From: an uncultured delta proteobacterium
Lineage (GTDB): Bacteria > Myxococcota_A > Polyangia > Polyangiales > Polyangiaceae
Length of the DNA: 64,000 nucleotides
Assembly: GCA_963782055.1 (NCBI GenBank)
Contig: CAWAIF010000002.1
Coordinates: 492,581 to 556,580, forward strand
Direction: 5' to 3'
Made by a program: the position numbers and the translations under genes. How positions within the stretch are numbered: the first letter of the stretch is position 1; every line of letters begins with the position of its first letter. Positions 1 through 7,999 of this stretch are shown here, one piece after another. The notes under the pieces are model-generated. The model was not told the DNA's origin and ran no database searches. It was given only the letters and a program-made list of their open reading frames with translations.

Positions 1-672
1 GCACTCGTGCGTCGCCCCGACGGAGAAGGAGACCCAGGGCCCCGGTAGATGCACGATGATCTCCCCTGCACTGTGAAAATTCTCCGTGCAGTCCACCGCG
101 CCAACGTCGTCCAGCGCGCACAACGTGGGGTTGTCGCCGCTGTAGACATGGCGGTACTTCGCCTCAGCCCGTCCCCATGAGAAGAGGCCGGCAGCTCGCG
201 CCGATTGGCACAGAATCTGGCCGTCACCCGCGAGAATGCATACCGAATCTCCGACGCGCGCGATCTCGCGCGCGGGCTTGGGGAAGAGGACCTGCGACGG
301 CGTCGACGTGAATTCGCTGAACCTGGCGTCTTCACCCCCCGACCAGCACCATACGGAGCCGTCGGAGCGTCTCGCACACGCAGTTCCCGGCCCCACGGTG
401 ATAGCGGTGACGGAGCAGCAGCCCCCGTCGCACGGCGCGAGCCCGGGCTTGCACGTCGGGGCGCACTTCTCGTCCACGCACGATGTCTGCATGCCGGGGT
501 CTGCGGTAGGGCACACCACCCCGCCGCAGCTCGTCCTGCTGCGGGGCGACGCGTCCAGCGCCGTGCGGGAGCCGCAGGCGAGCGCCAACGCCGCGCACGG
601 GAGCGCCAGCGCGAGCCTGCTCCTCCTAGAGCGAGAACGGCTCGAGGAAGAAGGGGGCGCTGGATCCGCCAT
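1..672 (-). CDS. Lipoprotein with Cys-rich segment and RCC1/BLIP-II-like repeats (3' end runs off the window)
   Basis: Not in the ORF track because no stop lies in the window. Manual translation from ATG 672: MADPAPP...RLALALPCAALALACGSRT (lipobox LAC)...CKPGLAPCDGGCC...TVGPGTACARRSDGSVWCW...SVGATHEC, open to base 1. Confidence 0.7.
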   Translation of the reverse strand, partial: MADPAPPSSSSRSRSRRSRLALALPCAALALACGSRTALDASPRSRTSCGGVVCPTADPGMQTSCVDEKCAPTCKPGLAPCDGGCCSVTAITVGPGTACARRSDGSVWCWSGGEDARFSEFTSTPSQVLFPKPAREIARVGDSVCILAGDGQILCQSARAAGLFSWGRAEAKYRHVYSGDNPTLCALDDVGAVDCTENFHSAGEIIVHLPGPWVSFSVGATHEC

Positions 673-2227
673 ACAGGACCTCGTAGCCACAGGTTGGGGT
701 GTCGAGCCCGATCGTGCGGGCGAAATTGTCGTAGTTGCTCGTGCTCGTGTCGTAGGTGAAGAGCTGGTTGGGAAAACCGAGCGAGGGCGGGAGCGACGGC
801 GGCAGGAAAGCGCCGCCGTTGAGCCCCGTCGCCATGACCCGGACGCCCCCAAAGTCCGAGGTTCCCGGGTACCTGACGTTGTCCTCGTTCGACAGATGGG
901 CGAGCGCGAAGGTTTCCGTCGTCGTGTTCGTCGAGAACAGCACCGAGGGGGCCACGTCGTCGTACTCCACGTCGCCGATGGGGGCACCGTCCCCTGGTCG
1001 TCCTGGACCTCCTGATGGAAGAGCCGGTTCCAGGTCATGTCGAAGGGCGCCGTCTGGGAGAGGTCGATGCGCAAGCCGAACGGCTGGCCGCTGTGGGTGT
1101 CCGGGTGCCAGATGGGGACGGCGAACGCGACCGTCTGGAGCATCGGGTCCATCGTGATGGCCGCGTCCTGCCAGTTCCGGTAGCTCCCGATGCACTCCGG
1201 ATGGTGGGGATCGCTGGCGATCGGGCCGAGATCCGTCCAGTCGGCGTCTCCATCGTGCCACGCGATGGCGGACCAGCGGACCTTGCGAACGACTCCCGGA
1301 CACTCCGGGCTCCGGGGGGTAGCCGTCGTCCGGGCCGACGCCGACGATCACGGTCTGGTGCTGCACGCACGTACCCTGCGTGACGGCGCACTTGCCCACG
1401 GCGAAGCGGAAGTAGCCCTTCGCAATGTGGGGGTGGAAGGCGGACGGCAGCGGCACTTCACTATAGAAATGGTAGGCGGCCTGAGTGACAGGGTCGAGAG
1501 TCCACTTCTGCACATGCCAGCCGTAGTAGTAGCCGTCGTATGGGTCCCCGGTGTAGTAGCTGATGTACAGGTCGGAGTTGTCCTGGGCAACCTGGGCGTA
1601 GAAGGGCGTGCTGTTGCACCCGTTGCCGCCATTGTTCGAGGCACACGACGCATTGTCCACCACCACCTGCGGTGTTCCCCACTGGCTGCTCCCGTCCGTG
1701 GAGACCACGACGGCCACCCCCGAAGTGCCGTACCCGACGCCGGGATCGAAGCTGTTCGCGTCCGCGAAGTTGGTCACGGTGACGAAGTGACCGGCAAGAT
1801 GCGGAATCGCGAAAGTCTGCGCGTTGTCCGTGTACTGGACGAAGGGCGCGCTCAGCACGCCGGAGGGCGGGCCCCACACCGTCGTGGCATCGCCGTGCTG
1901 GAGGCTCTGCGGGGGCGATCCAGTCGTCCACGTCATGAAGCCGAGCCGCCGGTAGGGCTCGTTGTAGGTGTACGTGGCGAGGTGAAGGGGGTTGTCGCCA
2001 AAGAACCCTACGTTGAATGCCGCGCTCTCGTTGTACGCGTCGAGCACATCGGGGAAGCCGAAGGCGCTCTCGGTGCTCAGCGTCGTCGCCTGAGACGTGG
2101 TCCCCAGGTCCTCCGCGGTGGGCGCGCAGCCCCCCAGGGCGACGACGAAGAGCGTGGCGGCGAGACGGCTGATACGAAGCGGCAGACGCGTGCTGAGAGA
2201 GAGAACTGGATACGTGCCCATGATCAC
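626..2227 (-). CDS. Secreted lipoprotein with Asp-box-like motif (putative beta-propeller); two compensating frameshifts
   Basis: Signal/lipobox ALGGC and motif VAVVVSTDGSSQWG. The segment at about 985-1315 is Arg/Pro-rich and unprotein-like in the ORF frame but protein-like in the shifted frame (SPECPGVVRKVRWSAIAWHDGDADWTDLGPI...). Confidence 0.65.
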   Translation of the reverse strand: MIMGTYPVLSLSTRLPLRISRLAATLFVVALGGCAPTAEDLGTTSQATTLSTESAFGFPDVLDAYNESAAFNVGFFGDNPLHLATYTYNEPYRRLGFMTWTTGSPPQSLQHGDATTVWGPPSGVLSAPFVQYTDNAQTFAIPHLAGHFVTVTNFADANSFDPGVGYGTSGVAVVVSTDGSSQWGTPQVVVDNASCASNNGGNGCNSTPFYAQVAQDNSDLYISYYTGDPYDGYYYGWHVQKWTLDPVTQAAYHFYSEVPLPSAFHPHIAKGYFRFAVGKCAVTQGTCVQHQTVIVGVGPDDGYPPEPGVSGSRSQGPLVRHRVARWRRRLDGSRPDRQRSPPSGVHRELPELAGRGHHDGPDAPDGRVRRPHLAPGHPQRPAVRLAHRPLPDGALRHDLEPALPSGGPGRPGDGAPIGDVEYDDVAPSVLFSTNTTTETFALAHLSNEDNVRYPGTSDFGGVRVMATGLNGGAFLPPSLPPSLGFPNQLFTYDTSTSNYDNFARTIGLDTPTCGYEVLYGGSSAPFFLEPFSL

Positions 2228-2427
2228 GTCCGAGCGCGACTCTACGGGCGCAAGGCAAGTTGCACGTCCATATCGCGTCCATAATTGCGATCTTCAATGC
2301 TCTCCATACCTAGGCGGGATCGAGCCTGGAGGATTGGTTCCCGTTGTTCCCACGCCAGGCCTACCGGCGAGGAGCGGGATGCAGGCCGGGATGCGTCGCT
2401 TCCCTGCCTCCCCTCTCCCTGTGATCA

Positions 2428-2931
2428 CTACTTCTTCTTGAACTTCCGCTTCAGCGCCTTGCACACCGCCGGCGGCGCGTAGCGGCTCACGTCGCCGCCG
2501 TGGCTGGCGATCTCGCGCACCAGCGACGCCGAGAGGAAGCCGTGCTTGGTGCGCGTGGGCAGGAAGATGGTGTCCACCTCGGGGTGCAGGTCGGCGTTGG
2601 CGTGGGCGATCTGCAGCTCGTACTCGAAGTCTGTCGCGGCGCGCAGGCCGCGCACGATGACGCGCGCGCCGATCTTCCGGCAGAACTCGATGAGCAGGCC
2701 GTCGAAGGAGTCGACCGTCACGTTGGGGTAGTTCTTGGCGACGCCCGCCACCAGGCGCGTGCGCTCGGCGATGGAGAAGAGCGGATCGCGCGTGGGGTGC
2801 ACGCCGAGCGCGACGACCACGTCGGAGAAGAGCGCCGACGCGCGCTCGATGAGATCGACGTGGCCGAGGGTGATGGGATCGAAGCTGCCGGCGTACACGG
2901 CGAGCCGCGCGATGGGCGGGTGGTTCGTCAC
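2428..2931 (-). CDS. coaD: Phosphopantetheine adenylyltransferase
   Basis: AVYAGSFDPITLGH, RGLRAATDFEYE, LSASLVREIA motifs; 167 aa. Confidence 0.97.
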   Translation of the reverse strand: MTNHPPIARLAVYAGSFDPITLGHVDLIERASALFSDVVVALGVHPTRDPLFSIAERTRLVAGVAKNYPNVTVDSFDGLLIEFCRKIGARVIVRGLRAATDFEYELQIAHANADLHPEVDTIFLPTRTKHGFLSASLVREIASHGGDVSRYAPPAVCKALKRKFKKK

Positions 2932-4238
2932 GGGCGCACTCCGCGGGTGCCCTGGGCCTTCGGGTCGGGCAGCACGCTCGGGTCCGGCAGCATGGGCGGC
3001 GGCGCGGGCGCCGGCGGGGTCCCCATGGTCATCGTCGGATCGGGCTCCAGCCAGACGTACTTGCCGCCATCGGCGAAGGTGACGCGGAAGGCCTCCAGCA
3101 GGCCGGCGCCGAAGATGCCGCCCGGGTGGACGTCCATCGCCGGAAGGTGGCTGCGCAGGGAGGTGAAGGAGAAGGCGGGCACGCCGGGGAAGCTCATCCC
3201 CCCGATGCCGAGGGAGGGCAGGCGTCCCGCCTTGGCGTTGGGGATCTGCGCTGTCGCCACCAGCGTCTTGGGGTCGACGCCCGCCTTCAGCCAGAGGCTC
3301 TGGTCGACGGCGACGGAGTAAGGCTGCGCGCTGTCGACGAAGAAGGTGGAGGTGCCGTCCTCCCGCGGGGAGACCTGCGCGCGCAGGAGCATGCCGCCGC
3401 CGCGCACGTAGTAGAGGGGGACGCGGCTGGCGTCGGGCGGGGGAGGCGGCTCGCTCTGACGCACCACGAACTGCGCGCCGCGGCGATCGAAGGTGGCGTG
3501 CAGGTGGCGCAGCAGGTTGACGCCGAGCAGCGCCTTGATGGGCGCGCCGATCTGCCGCGAGACTCCGGAGAGGTCCTTCGTGAGCGCGGGGATGTCGTGG
3601 ACGTCGATGGAGTCGCCGAAGCGCATCGACACCCAGGTGGGCTCGGTGCGCGACGCGGCGTCGATGACCACCTCCGCGCTGCCGGTGGCCACCATCGTCA
3701 GCACCTTCTCGCCCTCAAGCTCGCAGGGGACGATGAGCGCGGAGCCGGCGGGGGGCATGTCCACCTCCGCCACCACGCCGCCCTCCATCGCGAAGGGGTG
3801 GCGGCCGGAGCCCTTGCGCGCGAGCCGCGCGATGTCGCGAGCCCAGGGGTCCTTGACGTCGGGGTCCTCGAGCATGGCGTCGAGCTCGTCGGCGGCGCCA
3901 TCGATGTCGTCGGAGTACCAGTCGGCGCGGCCGCGCAGGCCGTGGGCCTCCGAGCTCGTCGCGCCGGCGGTGAGCTCGAGCGTCGCGGCGAAGTCCAGGT
4001 GGGCCAGCGCGATGCGCGCCCCGAGCGTGCGCACGCCGCGGTCGTGCGGGGCGACGCGCAGCGCCTGGTCCACCGACTCCTTCGCGTCCTCGAAGTCGCC
4101 CTGCCGGTAGCTCTCCTGCGCGCGCCTCAGCCACTTCTCGGCGAGGGGGGGGCGCTGGGGCACGTTGGACGCCGGCCCGCACGCGGCGCCGAGGCCCAGG
4201 AGCGCACCCAGAAGGAGCGGGGCGGAAGCACGACGCAT
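2928..4238 (-). CDS. Lipoprotein with N-terminal TPR and retropepsin-like (aspartyl protease-like) domains
   Basis: Start MRRASAPLLLGALLGLGAAC (lipobox); TPR-like AQESYRQGDFEDAKESVDQALRVAP; ALLGVNLLRH and GIFGAGLLEAFRVTF resemble retropepsin G-I-L-G motifs. The alternative ATG at 4313 lies within an inserted palindrome. Confidence 0.65.
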   Translation of the reverse strand: MRRASAPLLLGALLGLGAACGPASNVPQRPPLAEKWLRRAQESYRQGDFEDAKESVDQALRVAPHDRGVRTLGARIALAHLDFAATLELTAGATSSEAHGLRGRADWYSDDIDGAADELDAMLEDPDVKDPWARDIARLARKGSGRHPFAMEGGVVAEVDMPPAGSALIVPCELEGEKVLTMVATGSAEVVIDAASRTEPTWVSMRFGDSIDVHDIPALTKDLSGVSRQIGAPIKALLGVNLLRHLHATFDRRGAQFVVRQSEPPPPPDASRVPLYYVRGGGMLLRAQVSPREDGTSTFFVDSAQPYSVAVDQSLWLKAGVDPKTLVATAQIPNAKAGRLPSLGIGGMSFPGVPAFSFTSLRSHLPAMDVHPGGIFGAGLLEAFRVTFADGGKYVWLEPDPTMTMGTPPAPAPPPMLPDPSVLPDPKAQGTRGVRP

Positions 4239-4241
4239 CAA

Positions 4242-4319
4242 GAATTCGACCCCGAGCCGGAGGCGCGGGCGACGAAGGAGACCGAGCGAGGGCTCAGGCC
4301 GAGGGAAGGTCATGAATTC
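4242..4319. repeat. About 72-bp palindromic insert flanked by a GAATTC direct repeat (MITE/REP-like)
   Basis: GAATTC at 4242-4247 and 4314-4319; 4242-4314 aligns without gaps to 59904-59976. Confidence 0.75.
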
Positions 4320-5152
4320 TCCGGCGTCGCGCCCGGGGCACCTACGCGGAGGATGCGGTCGGCCCGCAGCTCTCTCCGGCCACGACTGGGAAGCTGATAG
4401 CCCATCACCCGGGGCGGGTCGAGCCCGGCGCGCACCTCGGTCAGGACCATGGTCATGGTCTCGGGGGACCGGCGGGACGGGCGGTAGACCAGCTCGACCG
4501 GCGCGCCGTACTTCGCGGCCGCCTCGCACGCCTCCACGATGGCCGCGCGCGCCCGCCGCTCGGCGATCCGCACCTCCCAGAGATCGCGCACGCTCACCGG
4601 CGCGAGCACCGCCATGCACCGCGCGAAGACCTCCCGCAGGGCGCGCACGTCGTCGCCGGCGCGGTGCGCCCGCCCGCGCGGGATCTCCAGGTGCGTGCAG
4701 AGGGCGTCGAGGGAGTAGCTCTGCAGGGCGAAGGAACGCCGCGCGAGGGTGAGGGTGTCCACCCAGTGCTCCACCGCGAAGGTGCGGCCCGCCCGCTTCA
4801 GCTCGGCGTTGAGGAAGCGCGCGTCCCACACCGCGGCGTGGGCGACGAAGACGGCGCCCTCCAGGAGCGTCTCCACCTGCGACGCGATCTCGGCGAAGGG
4901 GGGAGCCCCGACGAGCATGGCGTCGTCGATGCCGTGGACGTGGGAGGCGCCGCCCACCCGTGAGGGCGGCATCACCAGCTGCTCCATCGACGCCTCCAGC
5001 CGGTCCCCCACGCGGCGCTCGACGCACACCTCCACGACGAAGTCGTGCGCGGCGTCCAGGCCTGTCATCTCCAGGTCGACGAAGGCGAGCGGCGCCTCGG
5101 CGACGGGCAGGTCCCAGGGCGGACCCGGCGGCGGGCCTTCCTTCGCGCTCAC
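4310..5152 (-). CDS. DEDDh (DnaQ-like) 3'-5' exonuclease with C-terminal WYL-like domain
   Basis: FVDLEMTG, VAHAAVWDARFL, AHRAGDDV; C-terminal VELVY...VMGY...RRELRADRILRV. GTG start overlaps the thiolase stop (GTGA). Confidence 0.85.
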   Translation of the reverse strand: MSAKEGPPPGPPWDLPVAEAPLAFVDLEMTGLDAAHDFVVEVCVERRVGDRLEASMEQLVMPPSRVGGASHVHGIDDAMLVGAPPFAEIASQVETLLEGAVFVAHAAVWDARFLNAELKRAGRTFAVEHWVDTLTLARRSFALQSYSLDALCTHLEIPRGRAHRAGDDVRALREVFARCMAVLAPVSVRDLWEVRIAERRARAAIVEACEAAAKYGAPVELVYRPSRRSPETMTMVLTEVRAGLDPPRVMGYQLPSRGRRELRADRILRVGAPGATPENS

Positions 5153-6351
5153 CGCTCCACGAGCATGGCGATGCCCTGCCCCACGCCGATGCAGAGCGCC
5201 GCCATGCCGCGCTTCGCCTCGCGCGCCTTCATCGCGTGGAGCAGCGTGCCGAGCACGCGGCACCCGCTCATGCCGATGGGGTGGCCCAGCGCGATGGCGC
5301 CGCCCAGCACGTTGACCTTGCTCGCGTCCAGGCCCAGGCCGCGGATGCACGCGATGGACTGCGCGGCGAAGGCCTCGTTCAGCTCCACCAGGTCCAGGTC
5401 CTCCGCCTTCCAGCCGGCCCGCGCGAGCGCCTTCTTGCCGGCGGGGATGGGCCCCTCCCCCATGAAGTTGGGCTCCACCGCGGCGGTGGCGTACGCGACG
5501 ACGCGCGCGATGGGCGTGAGCTTCTCGGCGCGCAGCACCTCCTCGCTCACCACCAGCGCGGCGGCGGCGCCGTCGTTGATGGGAGAGCTGTTGCCCGCGG
5601 TGACCGTCCCGCCCTTGCGGAAGACCGCGGGCAGCTTGGCGAGCGCCTCCATCGTCACGCCGGGGCGCGGCGACTCGTCCTTCTCGAAGAGCACCGGCTC
5701 CCCCTTCTTCTGCGGCACGCGCAGCGGGACGATCTCGGCGTCGAAGGCGCGAAGCTCCAGCGCGGCCGACGCCTTCTTCTGCGAGCCGAGGGCGAAGGTG
5801 TCCTGCTCCTCGCGGGTGATCTTCCACTTCTCGGCGACGTTCTCCGCCGTCTCTCCCATCGAGTGGAGGGGGAAGCGCTCCTTCATGCGCGGGTTCTCGA
5901 AGCGCCAGCCGATGGTGGTGTCGTAGATGGCGGGGACGGTCCGGCCGAAGGCCTCCTCGCTCTTCTTCATCACGTAGGGCGCGCGCGTCATGCTCTCCAC
6001 GCCGCCGGCGACGACCACGTCGGCGTCGCCCGTCTGGATGCGCATCGCCGCGTCGATGACGGCCTCCAGGCCGGAGCCGCACAGGCGGTTCACCGTGACC
6101 GCGGGGATCTCGTACGGGAGGCCGGCGAGCAGGGTGGCCATGCGGGCGACGTTGCGGTTGTCCTCCCCCGCCTGGTTGGTGGAGCCGAAGACGACCTGGT
6201 CGAGGCGCGGCTTCAACGCGGCGTTGCGCTCGAGCAGCGCGTAGAGCACGTGCGCGGCGAGGTCGTCGGTGCGGACGGAGGCGAGGCCGCCGCGGTACTT
6301 CCCGATGGGCGTGCGGACGGCGTCGACGAGGTAGGCGGTGCGAAGAGACAT
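5149..6351 (-). CDS. Acetyl-CoA C-acyltransferase (thiolase, PcaF/PaaJ-like)
   Basis: NRLCGSG, NEAFAAQ, GHPIG, CIGVGQG catalytic motifs. Confidence 0.96.
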   Translation of the reverse strand: MSLRTAYLVDAVRTPIGKYRGGLASVRTDDLAAHVLYALLERNAALKPRLDQVVFGSTNQAGEDNRNVARMATLLAGLPYEIPAVTVNRLCGSGLEAVIDAAMRIQTGDADVVVAGGVESMTRAPYVMKKSEEAFGRTVPAIYDTTIGWRFENPRMKERFPLHSMGETAENVAEKWKITREEQDTFALGSQKKASAALELRAFDAEIVPLRVPQKKGEPVLFEKDESPRPGVTMEALAKLPAVFRKGGTVTAGNSSPINDGAAAALVVSEEVLRAEKLTPIARVVAYATAAVEPNFMGEGPIPAGKKALARAGWKAEDLDLVELNEAFAAQSIACIRGLGLDASKVNVLGGAIALGHPIGMSGCRVLGTLLHAMKAREAKRGMAALCIGVGQGIAMLVER

Positions 6352-6434
6352 GGCCGCGGCACAGTAGCACCGGAGCGCGTGGATCGAAGGGGGCTGTGGA
6401 CGCGTCGCCCCGGGCGACTAAGCTAGGGGCTTCG

Positions 6435-7982
6435 ATGGACCTCCCTGCCGGCAGCGTCATCGCCTCGCGCTACCGCATCATCTCGCAGCTCGGGCGGGGA
6501 GGGATGGGCGCGGTGTACCTGGTGGAGCACGTCCACACCGGCGACCAGCTGGCGCTCAAGCTCCTGCACGGCTCCGCCGCCTTCGACCCGGAGTCGGTGG
6601 AGCGCTTCAAGCGGGAGGCTCGGGCCCCGGCGAAGATCCAGAGCGAGAACGTGGTCAAGGTGGTGGACGCCGACACCGCGCCCGAGCTCTCCGGCGCGCC
6701 CTTCCTGGTGATGGAGCTGTTGCGCGGCACCGACATGCAGCGTCTGGTGCACGAGCGCGGGCCGATGCCGCCGGAGGAGGTGCTGCGGCTGCTCGGCCAG
6801 CTCGCCCGCGCGCTGGACAAGGCGCACGTGCTCGGCATCGTCCATCGCGACCTGAAGCCGGAGAACCTCTTCTTGCACCACCGCGAGGACGGCACCTCGG
6901 TGGTGAAGATCCTGGACTTCGGCATCTCCAAGATGGTGGGCGCCGCGGCGACGAGCGGACCGGGCGCGATGACGCAGACGGGCGCGGTCTTCGGCACACC
7001 GCTGTACATGGCGCCGGAGCAGGCGCTCGGGCGGCCGGGCGACGTGGGTCCGCACACCGACGTCTGGGCCGTCGGGCTCATCGCCATCTATCTCTTGACG
7101 GGTCAATCGTACTGGGAGGGCCGCACCATCCCGGACATCCTCGCGAAGGTGCTGGGGTACGCGGTCTACGCGCCGACGAGCCGCTGGCCCTCCCTCCCGC
7201 GCGGCATCGACGCGTGGCTGTTGCGATCCTGCGCGCGCGAGCCGCAGGGCCGCTTCGCCACGGCGGGCGCGCAGGTGGCGGCGCTGGGCGAGGCGCTGCG
7301 CGCCCCCTCGTCGACGGCGTTCGCGCCCACGGTGCTGCCGGTATCGGGCGGGCCGGCGTCGGCGTTCGCGCCGATGCGGCCGAGCGCCCCGCCGTCCTAC
7401 GTGCCGCCCAGCGCGCCCCAGGGCTACGCGCCGCAGCACGCGCAGCCCGGGATGCAACCGGTCCCGCCGTCGTACGGCGCGCGTCCGCCCGCCGCGCCCA
7501 GGGCCGCCGTGGGCGGCTCCACCAACGAGCCGATCGTCCACGCGACGCTGCGCCCGCGCGGGGGCGGCGGCACGTCGGCCTCCACCCTCGTGGTGGTGGC
7601 GCTCGGTGTGCTGGTTCTCTTCGTCGGCAGCGTGGCGGCGACGGTCGCGTACGTGAAGAGCCGTGCGTCGGCGGCGTCGTCCGCGCCGTCGTCCGAGACC
7701 CCGCCGCCGCCGGTGTCCATCGCGCCGGCCTTCACCGCGCCGGAGCTCGACGCGGGCCTCGCCCCGCTCAGCACCGCCACCGCGGCCGCCACGGCGACCC
7801 AGGTCGTGCACTCCGGCGCGACGGCGACCGCGCCGAAGCCGACCGCGACGCACACCGCCGCGCCGCCGCCTCCCCCGAGCATTGACCGCGAGCAGTGCAA
7901 GCAGGGCTGCCGACGCGGCTGCGTGGACGCCGACGACCTCATGTCGTGCGTGGTGAAGTGCATCCGGTCGCAGTGCAACTGA
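6435..7982 (+). CDS. Membrane Ser/Thr protein kinase (Hanks type)
   Basis: LGRGGMGAVY, HRDLKPEN, DFG, GTPLYMAPE; Pro-rich linker, TM helix, Cys-rich tail. Confidence 0.95.
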   Translation: MDLPAGSVIASRYRIISQLGRGGMGAVYLVEHVHTGDQLALKLLHGSAAFDPESVERFKREARAPAKIQSENVVKVVDADTAPELSGAPFLVMELLRGTDMQRLVHERGPMPPEEVLRLLGQLARALDKAHVLGIVHRDLKPENLFLHHREDGTSVVKILDFGISKMVGAAATSGPGAMTQTGAVFGTPLYMAPEQALGRPGDVGPHTDVWAVGLIAIYLLTGQSYWEGRTIPDILAKVLGYAVYAPTSRWPSLPRGIDAWLLRSCAREPQGRFATAGAQVAALGEALRAPSSTAFAPTVLPVSGGPASAFAPMRPSAPPSYVPPSAPQGYAPQHAQPGMQPVPPSYGARPPAAPRAAVGGSTNEPIVHATLRPRGGGGTSASTLVVVALGVLVLFVGSVAATVAYVKSRASAASSAPSSETPPPPVSIAPAFTAPELDAGLAPLSTATAAATATQVVHSGATATAPKPTATHTAAPPPPPSIDREQCKQGCRRGCVDADDLMSCVVKCIRSQCN

Positions 7983-7999
7983 GAAGCGCGCCGCGACGG

